DNA of 55,770 nucleotides from Candidatus Woesearchaeota archaeon (GCA_964413705.1 CAYPSK010000002.1:1-55770), one strand, 5' to 3'; counted from the stretch's first letter, positions 36,588 to 45,933 are shown. Notes: generated by a model not told the origin, from the letters alone. Made by a program: numbers and translations.

Positions 36588-39293
36588 ATGAAAAAGAAAG
36601 AAATATCCAAAAAAGAGATAAATAAATCAAGAAAATCAGAGAAATTAGAAAAAATGGTTCCTTTTTGTCCAAGATGCGGCTCAACTAAAATTGAATTTTT
36701 TGCAGGTAAAGCACCAATAATACAATGTCAGAATTGTAAATTCACCGGCTCTTTATTTCCAGAAGTTTCTCTAAAAAATCTTAAACAAGTTCAGGAAAGA
36801 ATAAAAAATAAAAAAAATGATGCATTAATAGATTTCTCCAGAATAGAGAAAAAATGGCAGTCTGAATGGGAAAAAGCTAAAATATTCCAAGTTAAGGAAG
36901 ATAGCAAAAAGAAGAAGTTCTATGTTCTCGAGATGTATGCTTACCCCTCTGCTTCGTTCTTACATGTTGGTCATGTGAGGAACTATACTATAGGAGATGT
37001 CTTTGCGAGATACAAGAGGATGCAGGGCTTTAACATCCTCTATCCAGTAGGTTATGATTCTTTTGGCCTTCCAGCTGAAAATGCAGCAAAAAAACAAGGG
37101 ATTCATCCTAAGAAATATGCCGAAGATGCTATAAAGAAGATAATAGAGTATCAAAAAGCCCTGGGGAATAGCTATGATTGGTCTAGGATGTTTGCAAGTC
37201 ACCAACCAGAGTATTACAAATGGAATCAATACTTCTTCTTAAAACTTTTAGAGCACGGATTAGCTTATCGAAAAAAAGCACCTGTAAATTACTGTGAACA
37301 CTGTCAATCTGTTCTTGCTAATGAAGAAGCTGAAAAAGGCAAATGCTGGAGATGTGGAAATGAAGTTATACAAAAAGAGATGGAACAATGGTTCTTCAAA
37401 ATAACAGATTATGCTGACAGATTATTAAAGGATCTAGATAAAATCCAGTGGTCGGAAAAAATAAAAACAATGCAGAAGAACTGGATAGGAAAAAGTGAAG
37501 GAGTTAACATATTTTTCAAATTAAAAGATTCGAAAAAAGTTTTAGAAGCATTTACAACAAGATGCGATACCCTCTTCTCAGTAACTTTTATTGCTGTTGC
37601 ACCAGAAAGCTCACTGGTTGACGAATTAATAAAAGGAACCAAATACGAAAAACCCGTCAAAGATTTCATTAAAAAAATTTTAAAAGAGAAAATAGAAGAT
37701 AGAATAAACGAAGAAAAAGAAAAAGAAGGAATATTTATTGGGAAATATGTAATTAATCCAACAACTAATGAGGAGATTCCCGTTTATGTTTCTAATTTCG
37801 TCCTTATGTACGGAACAGGAATTGTAATGTGTGATGCGCATGATAAAAGAGACTTTAGATTTGCTAGAAAGTATAAAATCCCATTAAAGTTTGTTATAAG
37901 TAAAGACGGCAAAACAATTAACCCAAAAGATTTTAAAGAGGCATACATGGATAATGGCATATTGTTTAATTCTGGAAAATTTTCAGGCATGAATAACCAA
38001 GAAGCCTTGCCCAAGATGGCTGATTGGCTTGAAAAAGAGAAAAAAGGTAGAAAAGTAACCCATTACAAATTAAGAGACTGGCTTATTTCAAGGCAGAGGT
38101 ACTGGGGGACACCAATTCCAGTTATTTATTGTGATAAATGCGGCATTGTTCCTGTTCCAGAAGATAAACTTCCAGTTCTTCTTCCTGAAAAAGTTGATTT
38201 CAAATCAGTAGGCAATCCATTATTATCCAATAAAAATTTTATTAATACTACATGCCCTAAATGCGGCGGAAAAGCACGAAGAGAGACAGACACACTAGGG
38301 GGATTTATGGATTCTTCATGGTACTATCTAAGGTATTGCGATAATAAGAACTCAGAAAAGCCATTTGATTCAAAAAAAGTGAATTACTGGATGCCTGTTG
38401 ATCAATACATAGGAGGGATAGAGCATGCAGTTGGCCATCTGATGTATGCAAGATTCTTGACTAAGTTTTTAAAAGATATAAATATGGTAAAGTTTGATGA
38501 GCCTTTCACCAGATTATTTAATCAGGGCGTAGTCTACAAAGACGGCAAAAAAATGTCAAAAAGTCAGGGCAATGTCGTTTTCCAGACAGAGATTTCTGAA
38601 AAATACGGAATAGATACTGCAAGATTATTCTTGACTTTCGTCTCTTCTCCAGACAAGCCAATGGAATGGACTGATGAAGGAGTTGAAGGAAGTTTTAGGA
38701 TAATAAATAGATTAATCCGATTAAAAGAAAAGATCTCAAAAGAATCTAATCCTTCACAAGAGAACAAGATACACTCAGCAATAAAGAAAGTTTCTGAGAA
38801 TATCGAGAATTTTGAATATCCTAAAGCTATTATCCCAATGACAGAGTGTCTAGACTCACTATCCGAATCAATAAAAAAACAAAATTATGAGATTTTACTA
38901 AAATTATTCCATCCATTCTGTCCGCATATCACAGAAGAGCTCTGGCACTCTCTTGGAAACAAGACATTCCTAAGCAAAGAATCCTGGCCAAAATTAAATG
39001 CAACCAAGATAAACGAGAACATCGAAAAACAAGAGCAGGCAGTTGAAAAAACAATTCAAGATATTAAGAACATAATCAAGATAATTAAAGAAAAACAAGA
39101 TAAAGACGCAAAGAAGATATACTTGTATACAATTCCCCCTGAGTTCAATACATATAACGAAGCAAAAGAGTCTATCACAAAATCAATCAATCTTCCAGTT
39201 GAAGTTTTTTCTGTTGACGACCCAAAGAAGATTGATCCTCAGAAAAAAGCAAAAAAAGCTAATCCTGGCAAGCCAGCTATTTATGTTGAATGA
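36588..39293 (+). CDS. leuS: Leucyl-tRNA synthetase, bacterial-type core, with ~85-aa N-terminal Zn-ribbon extension
   Basis: 901 aa. The core begins at IEKKWQSEW. LEMYAYPSASFLHVGHVRNYTIGDVFARYKRMQGFNILYPVGYDSFGLPAENAA matches the bacterial LeuRS pattern. KMSKS is present. The N-terminus carries CPRCGS...CQNCKF. Confidence 0.9.
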   Translation: MKKKEISKKEINKSRKSEKLEKMVPFCPRCGSTKIEFFAGKAPIIQCQNCKFTGSLFPEVSLKNLKQVQERIKNKKNDALIDFSRIEKKWQSEWEKAKIFQVKEDSKKKKFYVLEMYAYPSASFLHVGHVRNYTIGDVFARYKRMQGFNILYPVGYDSFGLPAENAAKKQGIHPKKYAEDAIKKIIEYQKALGNSYDWSRMFASHQPEYYKWNQYFFLKLLEHGLAYRKKAPVNYCEHCQSVLANEEAEKGKCWRCGNEVIQKEMEQWFFKITDYADRLLKDLDKIQWSEKIKTMQKNWIGKSEGVNIFFKLKDSKKVLEAFTTRCDTLFSVTFIAVAPESSLVDELIKGTKYEKPVKDFIKKILKEKIEDRINEEKEKEGIFIGKYVINPTTNEEIPVYVSNFVLMYGTGIVMCDAHDKRDFRFARKYKIPLKFVISKDGKTINPKDFKEAYMDNGILFNSGKFSGMNNQEALPKMADWLEKEKKGRKVTHYKLRDWLISRQRYWGTPIPVIYCDKCGIVPVPEDKLPVLLPEKVDFKSVGNPLLSNKNFINTTCPKCGGKARRETDTLGGFMDSSWYYLRYCDNKNSEKPFDSKKVNYWMPVDQYIGGIEHAVGHLMYARFLTKFLKDINMVKFDEPFTRLFNQGVVYKDGKKMSKSQGNVVFQTEISEKYGIDTARLFLTFVSSPDKPMEWTDEGVEGSFRIINRLIRLKEKISKESNPSQENKIHSAIKKVSENIENFEYPKAIIPMTECLDSLSESIKKQNYEILLKLFHPFCPHITEELWHSLGNKTFLSKESWPKLNATKINENIEKQEQAVEKTIQDIKNIIKIIKEKQDKDAKKIYLYTIPPEFNTYNEAKESITKSINLPVEVFSVDDPKKIDPQKKAKKANPGKPAIYVE

Positions 39294-39593
39294 TTAAAGT
39301 ACCTGCTTCTCTAAACCACCTTTTTGTTTAGTCTTTCTATTTCTTAATTGTAATAATGAGACTAAGATCAATCCTTGCGATGCTCCAATTTCAAATGGAA
39401 GTAAGGGAACATTAGGTAAAAGAGAAAGAACAATTTTGCCAGCAATTGATAAGGGATCATTAGTCTTTATTGTTTTATCCAATAAATAATATGTGCCCAA
39501 AGTAGTTGCTATTTGGGGAATTGCAAGCCCAAAATAAAAATTTAATCTCTCTCTTAAATTGTATCCTTGCGCTTTAAGATATTTGTTTATCAT
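39294..39593 (-). CDS. Small membrane protein (hypothetical)
   Basis: Internal ATG at 39593 (MINKYLKAQ...) is preferred, because the listed start at 39680 would abut the divergent trmB-family start with no promoter space. Two hydrophobic segments. Confidence 0.4.
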   Translation of the reverse strand: MINKYLKAQGYNLRERLNFYFGLAIPQIATTLGTYYLLDKTIKTNDPLSIAGKIVLSLLPNVPLLPFEIGASQGLILVSLLQLRNRKTKQKGGLEKQVL

Positions 39594-39688
39594 TTTAACC
39601 TCGTAATTAAACAAGCGAAATAATAAATATAAAGTTAAGTTGTTATTAAAAATAACAACATTTTTAAGTACAGAAAACATTGGGAATC

Positions 39689-40387
39689 ATGGAAATAATC
39701 GAGAAACTTCAAGAAGCAGGCTTAACAGGAAACGAAGCCAAGGTTTATCTTGAGCTTGTAAAGAAAGGAGAGCTCTCAGCTAATCAAATAGCTAAAAATC
39801 TGGGCATAGACCGGACTCTTACTTATACTCTTCTAAATCATCTTATAGAGAAAGGCCAAATCTCTTACATAATTAAAGAAAAGAAGAAATTCTTCTCTTG
39901 TTCAAGTCCAGAAAATCTATTGAATTCACTAAAATCCAAAGAGATTGTTATTTCTGATTTAATTCAAGAGCTTAAAAAAATAAAAACAGAAGAAAAGCAG
40001 GATATAGCTGTGAAGATTTATGAAGGAAAAGAAGGAATAAAGACTTTTGTTAATCTAGCTCTTAAAGAAAAAGAATTTTGCGCTTTTGGTTCAACAGGCC
40101 TGATGTTCTTTAGCCTATATGAAATGCCTGCAATGGCGAAAGAAGCAACAAAAAAAAGAATTAAAATAAGGATAATAGGCAATAAAGAACTAAAAACTCA
40201 AGATTCCTTCTTGTTGAAAGGTTTTCAGTATAAACTCTTAGATATTAAGAGTGAAGCAACAACATGCATCTTTGGAGACTATGTTTCTATACACATGATT
40301 AAGCCAAAACCAATATTCATTCTGATAAAGAACAAAAAGATAGCAGAATCATATCAAAACCATTTTGATTGTCTTTGGAAAAGATAA
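39689..40387 (+). CDS. TrmB-family transcriptional regulator
   Basis: ATG at 39689 (the listed start is a TTG at 39680). N-terminus MEIIEKLQEAGLTGNEAKVYLELVKKGELSANQIAKNLGIDRTLTYTLLNHLIEKG is the canonical TrmB wHTH. Confidence 0.8.
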   Translation: MEIIEKLQEAGLTGNEAKVYLELVKKGELSANQIAKNLGIDRTLTYTLLNHLIEKGQISYIIKEKKKFFSCSSPENLLNSLKSKEIVISDLIQELKKIKTEEKQDIAVKIYEGKEGIKTFVNLALKEKEFCAFGSTGLMFFSLYEMPAMAKEATKKRIKIRIIGNKELKTQDSFLLKGFQYKLLDIKSEATTCIFGDYVSIHMIKPKPIFILIKNKKIAESYQNHFDCLWKR

Positions 40388-40476
40388 TGCTTCAATTCTC
40401 CCTATTTGTGTTACTCTAGAATGATTACAAAGAGAAAGATTTATAAATCAATTTTCCATAGTTTATACATATTGTA

Positions 40477-40489
40477 TGTATATACTTTT
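40477..40489 (+). promoter_or_regulatory. Shared promoter-region motif TGTATATACTTTT (copy 1)
   Basis: Contains the 8-bp palindrome GTATATAC. The identical 13-mer recurs at 44446-44458. Lies ~55 nt upstream of the ATG at 40542. Confidence 0.4.
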
Positions 40490-40541
40490 TACTTGTTGAG
40501 ACAAGATAGTAGACAGAGTTAAGAGGTGATTGGAGACCTGA

Positions 40542-40730
40542 ATGAATAAAAACAAGAAGTTCACAATCACAAAAAAGATAGCAAAACATGGTTCTCAGTC
40601 TATCATAGTTATTCCAAGAATTCTAGAATCTCATCTTAAACCAGGCACAATCGCCCAAGTCACAATCAATGTTCTCGAACAAGTTGCAAAGCCCGAATTA
40701 AACCTTGATGGAGGTAAAGATGGCAACTGA
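40542..40730 (+). CDS. Small SpoVT/AbrB-like DNA-binding protein (putative)
   Basis: 62 aa. KKIAKHGSQSIIVIPRILESHLKPGTIAQVTI resembles the AbrB-fold pattern. GGAG lies 6 nt upstream of the ATG. Confidence 0.45.
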   Translation: MNKNKKFTITKKIAKHGSQSIIVIPRILESHLKPGTIAQVTINVLEQVAKPELNLDGGKDGN

Positions 40731-41217
40731 GATGAAAACTAAAAAACCAAAGAAAGGATTAGAAAGTTATGTTGATACAGGAGGGACTGTGTCCTATTCG
40801 CTAGTTGTTGGGGCTCTTCTTGATTATGCAGCAGGCCAGAATCTTTCAGGAATAGCTACTTCAAGAGGATCTGCTACTGTTTTGAATTTAGTAACTGGCG
40901 CACCATATGGAAAATGGAGAAATTGGATGTATAGAATAACAAAAACAACTGATAAAAGTAGCAAAAGAAGACAATACTTTACAGACCTTCTAGCTTTCAA
41001 TACATTTCAGGTTCCTATTTATGCAATCGCGGCATCAAGTGGTACTTTGGTCTCTGAAGGCCATATAGATTTGAATAAAGTGTGGCATGGATCATTATAT
41101 CTTGCAACAATTTCACCTTTTATCGGTCCAACAAGGGGTTGGTATATGGACAGACTAAGAAAATTATTCAAATTAAAGTCAGCACCTGAAAAAGCATATT
41201 CGGGGAGGTCAAGATGA
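40720..41217 (+). CDS. AlaE (L-alanine exporter)-like small membrane protein
   Basis: ATG at 40720 has GGAGG 5 nt upstream; the listed start is a TTG at 40705. Segments GAPYGKWRNWMYRI, DLLAFNTFQVPIYAIA and GWYMDRLRKLFKL parallel AWPYGMYRDLFMRA, DILAYVTFQSPVYVAI and GYFLDYCRRLFKV of E. coli AlaE as I recall it. Confidence 0.55.
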   Translation: MATEMKTKKPKKGLESYVDTGGTVSYSLVVGALLDYAAGQNLSGIATSRGSATVLNLVTGAPYGKWRNWMYRITKTTDKSSKRRQYFTDLLAFNTFQVPIYAIAASSGTLVSEGHIDLNKVWHGSLYLATISPFIGPTRGWYMDRLRKLFKLKSAPEKAYSGRSR

Positions 41218-43505
41218 CAATAGCAATTGATGAAAAAGGAACTATTAGAGAAATCAACCCAGGTATGAATGATATTGAAGAAGGTCTTGGCTTCACACCA
41301 GTAAGCAGAGATGATGAATGGCCATATAAAGAATTAATAGAGAAAAATATAAAAGCTATGTTGGAAAGTCCATTAACTCCAATAGATTTGAAAAGACAGA
41401 TAGTAGAAGCACAGGAAACAGCTCATAATATTGTTAGGAATCGGGGCTGGAGCTCAGGGCCGAAATTATTTATTAAAGAAGATCCACAGAGAGCAGCCAC
41501 ATCTTTAGTTGATGGTGGAGCTTTCTACACATTACTGTATGAGATGCCTGGCTTGAGTTTAAAATTCAGAGCAAAAAAATCAGGAAAACAAGATAAATTT
41601 GAAAGATCAAGAAGAGTACAAGAGTATCTTATGACTCTGCAGGAAGCTGGTTTCCTTAGAGGTCCAAAAATTAATATCACAAGTTATAATGATGAGAAAT
41701 TAGAATCAAAATTAAGTGTTGAACCTTATGTAGAGCATGATAGGCTTACAGATGTACTAAGAAGAGCTGAAACAGATGCTGAAAAAGGCGAGATTCTTAG
41801 AAAGCATATATTAGATAGTCTTGAAATAAGCAGAGTCATGACAGCTTACAGCAAAATGAAAGATGAGAAGGGAGATTATTTCTTGAGAAAAAATTATTCC
41901 TGGACTGATTTTGTAAGAAATTTTCTTCCAGGAAATTATATTGTAGACAGCCAGGATGCAATGACACAATTCCTAAATGGATTTGCCCTAAGAGCAGTTC
42001 CAGGATTGCAGCAAAAAGTCACAAAAAAAGGAAAACTTTCAAAAGGGGGATTAAGGCAAGAGCCATTACTTGAAAATTTAAGAAAAGCATTTAACTCAGA
42101 ATTTAACTCATTTTATAGAGAAAGAAGCAAACACATTGTAAACACAGATACCCATACAGGAAATATTCTGGTGGATAGTATACATGGCGATACAGTACAT
42201 TGTGATTTTGAGCATACATACTTTGACTTACTTGAAGATCCGATTGCAGAGCTTGTTTTAACATCAGGGATTCAAGACAGAGAAGTCATAAAAGATTTAG
42301 TTGATAATGCTTTTGAAAAATATAAAGCTGAGATAAATGTCTCAAAAGAACAATTCTACGCTACTTTCCAAAGAAGATTGATTGAAAAAACACTTACCAG
42401 AGCAACAAGATTTCTAGATCTATCACAAAGGTTCTCAGGAAAAGATAGGAAAAACTTAGAAGACCAAGCAAATATGTTTTATTCTCAAGCTTTGCGAAGC
42501 ATGAAAGAATTAGATTTAAAACAAACAGCTTCTGCTGTTGAGGCTTATAATGAAAAATATCTAAAATTGAAGAGAACATCAATGAGGTCAAATGTTGATG
42601 GAACACTTGCTTCTTTAGTCAGTGGCGTGACATCTCCAAAAACTCGAGATGCTCCAATTACAAGACCAAAGGAAGCACGAAGAGCTTTTAGATTTGCATA
42701 CAGGACAGCCATTATAACTGCATGCGCCTCCGCCGCAATATTTGGGTTGCGTAATTGCAAAAATCTCACAGTTGAATCAGAACCAATTAGTTGGTTACAA
42801 CAAATAGACTATACTGATAATCAGTTAAATATTGTAATGCCGACAGTAGATATGTATAAACAGGTTCCAGATTCTGCATTAACAAAGGTAGACTTAAATC
42901 AAATGGATCCAAGACAGATTGCAAGAAAAGTTTTCCAGACAGATGATAATGCTTTAATAGATTCACTGATAAGAGCATATGCTCCATCTGATCCAAAGTC
43001 ACTTAGAAAATCTAGAATTGAATGGATCTTTGATCAAGTCGAAAGAAGAAGATCATCAGATGCAGATTTACTAAGGGCAATCCATTATGCTTCAAAAGAA
43101 ATGTATAAGGATAAACAGGGGGTAAAACCAGGCGCTTTTGGCACTATGTTGTGGCCAGCAAAAAATAATATTTATTTAAGAGAACGAATACGTTTAGGCG
43201 AAGCACAGCACCAAGATAATCATGGGTTGGACGTACATATTGCAGGAAGGATTATGTTAGATAATATGAAAGCATCTATAAACGATGGCAAGGTCAGGAT
43301 AGCAACTGCAGTAGCAGGTTATGTATCAGGGTTATATAATCTCGGAGAAGCACAAATTGATGCAGGTAGCAGAAGCTATGGAGAATTTAGGAGAAAAATG
43401 GACCCTGATGACAGAGAAGCTACAGATAGGATTCTTATAGGTTATCTAGCACTTAAAGATGCATTGCCTAAAGTTGGTATAAAATATGGCATTGCAAAGA
43501 ACTGA
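41214..43505 (+). CDS. 763-aa protein: N-terminal protein-kinase-like/APH-like phosphotransferase motifs, one TM helix, C-terminal lysozyme-like (SLT-like) region
   Basis: Start overlaps the previous stop (ATGA), with GGAGG 5 nt upstream. The catalytic-loop-like NTDTHTGNILVD (DxxxxN) followed by HCDFEH (DFG/DWE-like) resembles the APH/choline-kinase/ABC1 fold. Hydrophobic helix AIITACASAAIFGL at ~aa 490. The C-terminal part has ASKE...KPGAFGTMLWP...HIAGRIMLDNM...AVAGYVSGLYNLG, loosely matching SLT motifs (ES, GA.GLMQ, aG..yL, AYN.G). Confidence 0.55.
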   Translation: MTIAIDEKGTIREINPGMNDIEEGLGFTPVSRDDEWPYKELIEKNIKAMLESPLTPIDLKRQIVEAQETAHNIVRNRGWSSGPKLFIKEDPQRAATSLVDGGAFYTLLYEMPGLSLKFRAKKSGKQDKFERSRRVQEYLMTLQEAGFLRGPKINITSYNDEKLESKLSVEPYVEHDRLTDVLRRAETDAEKGEILRKHILDSLEISRVMTAYSKMKDEKGDYFLRKNYSWTDFVRNFLPGNYIVDSQDAMTQFLNGFALRAVPGLQQKVTKKGKLSKGGLRQEPLLENLRKAFNSEFNSFYRERSKHIVNTDTHTGNILVDSIHGDTVHCDFEHTYFDLLEDPIAELVLTSGIQDREVIKDLVDNAFEKYKAEINVSKEQFYATFQRRLIEKTLTRATRFLDLSQRFSGKDRKNLEDQANMFYSQALRSMKELDLKQTASAVEAYNEKYLKLKRTSMRSNVDGTLASLVSGVTSPKTRDAPITRPKEARRAFRFAYRTAIITACASAAIFGLRNCKNLTVESEPISWLQQIDYTDNQLNIVMPTVDMYKQVPDSALTKVDLNQMDPRQIARKVFQTDDNALIDSLIRAYAPSDPKSLRKSRIEWIFDQVERRRSSDADLLRAIHYASKEMYKDKQGVKPGAFGTMLWPAKNNIYLRERIRLGEAQHQDNHGLDVHIAGRIMLDNMKASINDGKVRIATAVAGYVSGLYNLGEAQIDAGSRSYGEFRRKMDPDDREATDRILIGYLALKDALPKVGIKYGIAKN

Positions 43506-43517
43506 TATCTGGGGCGA

Positions 43518-44396
43518 TTATAACGTAAGCACAAACAAATAATTAGTCATTCTTATTATTGCATTGTTCAGCTCATGTAGGTAAGGCCCAAAAGGTTTTT
43601 TCTTGTCTATCTTATTTTTTATTCTTTCATACTCTTTCGCAAAAGCCACAGCATCTTCTTTTTTGAAATTTAGGAACAGTTTTCTGAACATATCTAAGAA
43701 CTTTCTCAATGCTTTGATGTTCTCTATCTCCCCTTCTGTTATTCTTGTCTTTTCTTGAGCAAGTATAGCCACTGATTTTATTATATCCCCAACCTCTTCT
43801 AGATCATTTATTATTCCATAGACTTGTGAAGTCTTTGAAGGGTCGTCATAACCTTTTCTATTCAAGACTCTTAAACAAAAATTAACAAATTTATTTACAG
43901 AAGCGTCTATCTCTATAATCGGTTCAAGATTTTGCTTCTTCTCAAGCGCATTGATTAGCTCTTCAACCATAGAATCTAAAATAAGGAATATTCTGGCTAT
44001 TATATACACAATATTTTGCTCGCTTGCTTCAGTTATATCTTTTATAATAATAGTATTTTGCGTCTGCTTCATTATCTCAAATCCAAGAAGCTCACTCAAA
44101 ACTCTCCTTTGAAAATCCTTTATTTCATTGTGGTTTGAAAAATTCACTTCAATCTCATCAACTCCTCGGATATACAAAGATAATAAAACTCTATTGACTA
44201 ATGGATGATATCCTGAAATATCAATCTTAACAATATTTTTCTCTTTTTTAGCATGTTCTGCACATATAATCAAATTTTTTCCATTTTCCGTAACATCAAT
44301 TTCATCTCCTTTCTTGAGATTATTCCCTCTTGCCCATTTGCTTGGCAAGCTTATCATAAGTGTTGCTGCTCCTTGCTTGACGATTTTTCTTTTCAT
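43518..44396 (-). CDS. AbrB/SpoVT domain + PhoU domain regulator (archaeal PhoU-like)
   Basis: 292 aa. N-terminal KIVKQGAATLMISLPSKWARGNNLKKGDEIDV (AbrB fold), followed by a helical two-repeat PhoU-like region. Transcribed divergently from the 44583 operon. Confidence 0.75.
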   Translation of the reverse strand: MKRKIVKQGAATLMISLPSKWARGNNLKKGDEIDVTENGKNLIICAEHAKKEKNIVKIDISGYHPLVNRVLLSLYIRGVDEIEVNFSNHNEIKDFQRRVLSELLGFEIMKQTQNTIIIKDITEASEQNIVYIIARIFLILDSMVEELINALEKKQNLEPIIEIDASVNKFVNFCLRVLNRKGYDDPSKTSQVYGIINDLEEVGDIIKSVAILAQEKTRITEGEIENIKALRKFLDMFRKLFLNFKKEDAVAFAKEYERIKNKIDKKKPFGPYLHELNNAIIRMTNYLFVLTL

Positions 44397-44445
44397 TTTA
44401 TTTCATAAAAACTCAAAGAACAGCTATTTATAAACTTTTTGTTTT

Positions 44446-44458
44446 TGTATATACTTTT
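44446..44458 (+). promoter_or_regulatory. Shared promoter-region motif TGTATATACTTTT (copy 2)
   Basis: Identical 13-mer to 40477-40489. Lies in the divergent region between the AbrB-PhoU gene and the 44583 operon. A 10-bp (one bulge) inverted repeat TGTTACCATT/AATGGTAAACA follows at 44521-44552. Confidence 0.4.
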
Positions 44459-44582
44459 ATACTAGTATATATAGTATAATAAAAAAGTATAAATGTCATA
44501 ATTTCTGATTATAATTAGGTTGTTACCATTAAAGAGTAACCAATGGTAAACAAAACAGAACAAAACATTGAGGAAAAACAAA

Positions 44583-45152
44583 ATGACTGAACAAAGAACA
44601 ACTGAAGCAAAAAAATCAGCTGGAAATGATTTAGCAGTATATATGCCACACACTTTAGACATTGTAGGCCATATAAAAAGATTAGAGAAACCTATTAGCT
44701 CAATTAATCCAGAAAGTAGAATAGTATCAAATGGCAGCATGTATGCTGGGGGATTTTGCGATTTAACATTTAATCCGGAGCGTATTGGTGGGAGAGCATA
44801 TGTTCGATTCTTAAAAGCATTAGAAAGTATTCCTAAAAACTCTTCGCTAACAACTAGACTAAATTTTGCTTTATTTGGAGAGAATCCAAAAGTTGATGAT
44901 AATCTTGTCGTAGAACACGATGGAAGAAAGTACCAACAGCAATGGGTTGTAAGAACATCTCAATATGAAACAATTGTTTCATTATATAGGTATCAAGAAA
45001 ATAAACATGTAACAGGAGATTTTCCATTGAAATTAAAAGCATTAGTTGCAGAAGAAGTAAAAGAACTATGGACAAATGAATTATTGCTTTCTCTTTTTGC
45101 TCCATTAATGAACCCTCTTATTCAAACACATCAACAGATGATGCAATTTTAA
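44583..45152 (+). CDS. Hypothetical soluble protein (operon gene 1)
   Basis: ATG at 44583 (MTEQRTT...) is preferred over the listed TTG at 44568. 189 aa with no recognisable motif. Confidence 0.5.
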   Translation: MTEQRTTEAKKSAGNDLAVYMPHTLDIVGHIKRLEKPISSINPESRIVSNGSMYAGGFCDLTFNPERIGGRAYVRFLKALESIPKNSSLTTRLNFALFGENPKVDDNLVVEHDGRKYQQQWVVRTSQYETIVSLYRYQENKHVTGDFPLKLKALVAEEVKELWTNELLLSLFAPLMNPLIQTHQQMMQF

Positions 45153-45212
45153 AATAAAATCAAACAATAAATCAAAATCAAAAAACAAATTAAATAAACA
45201 AGGAGGATAAAA

Positions 45213-45908
45213 ATGAACCAAATAAAGAAAGCAGTATTAGTTGGATTATGTCTAGCAACAGCATATGCTGCAGCTGAAACAATAGGAACTGTCAAAGGAA
45301 TCAGAGAAGGTGTTGATGGAGCTTACTTTCATCAAGCAAGAGTCGCATTATCTCAAGATGGAAGTGTTGCAGCTAAAGTAGGGGTGAAATTTCCAGTTGG
45401 TCCTGTTAATGTAGATTTACTTGGATGTTATACTGGAAACCCAAGTCTTACAGCAGCTGTTTTAGGAGACAGATTTGGAATTGAAGGAACTTTAACAGAT
45501 GGAATGAAAACAGCAACTTTAGAAGGAACAGCTTTAGGATGCATGGCACAAGGAACTTTAACATCAACTGAAGAAGGTTTATCACAAAAACTTAGGGTTT
45601 CACATGCACAGCAACTTGAAAACTTGACAGCACAACTAGGAGCAAGTGTAACAAGAAATACAGGCAATGCATACACACTTGGAGCAGATGTTTTCTTGTT
45701 AAATGCAACAAAAATTGGAAGCACAAGTTTGTTCCCATATGTTGGAGCATCACTAGGAAAAGACATTTTAGGTTACAAATTTGCTGGTTGTGTTATTGCA
45801 CCTAAGGAAAGCAAGGTTTCGCTAAAAACTACATTAGGCAATGGTGGAAACTTGACTGACTTAAAAGCATACACTGCTGGTTTAGAAGTAAGAGCAGGTC
45901 TTGATTAA
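45213..45908 (+). CDS. Secreted Gly/Thr/Ala-rich, beta-strand-rich protein (operon gene 2)
   Basis: 231 aa. AGGAGG 6 nt upstream. Sec-type signal KKAVLVGLCLATAYAAAE. Alternating hydrophobic/polar strands (AYTLGADVFLL, LKAYTAGLEVRAGL) are reminiscent of beta-barrel or beta-sandwich proteins. Followed by a long T-tract. Confidence 0.6.
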   Translation: MNQIKKAVLVGLCLATAYAAAETIGTVKGIREGVDGAYFHQARVALSQDGSVAAKVGVKFPVGPVNVDLLGCYTGNPSLTAAVLGDRFGIEGTLTDGMKTATLEGTALGCMAQGTLTSTEEGLSQKLRVSHAQQLENLTAQLGASVTRNTGNAYTLGADVFLLNATKIGSTSLFPYVGASLGKDILGYKFAGCVIAPKESKVSLKTTLGNGGNLTDLKAYTAGLEVRAGLD

Positions 45909-45910
45909 AA

Positions 45911-45933
45911 TTTTTTATTTTTTTATTTTTTTT
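45911..45933 (+). terminator. Oligo-T tract (archaeal-type terminator/attenuator) inside the operon
   Basis: TTTTTTATTTTTTTATTTTTTTT begins 3 nt after the stop of 45213..45908. Confidence 0.4.
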
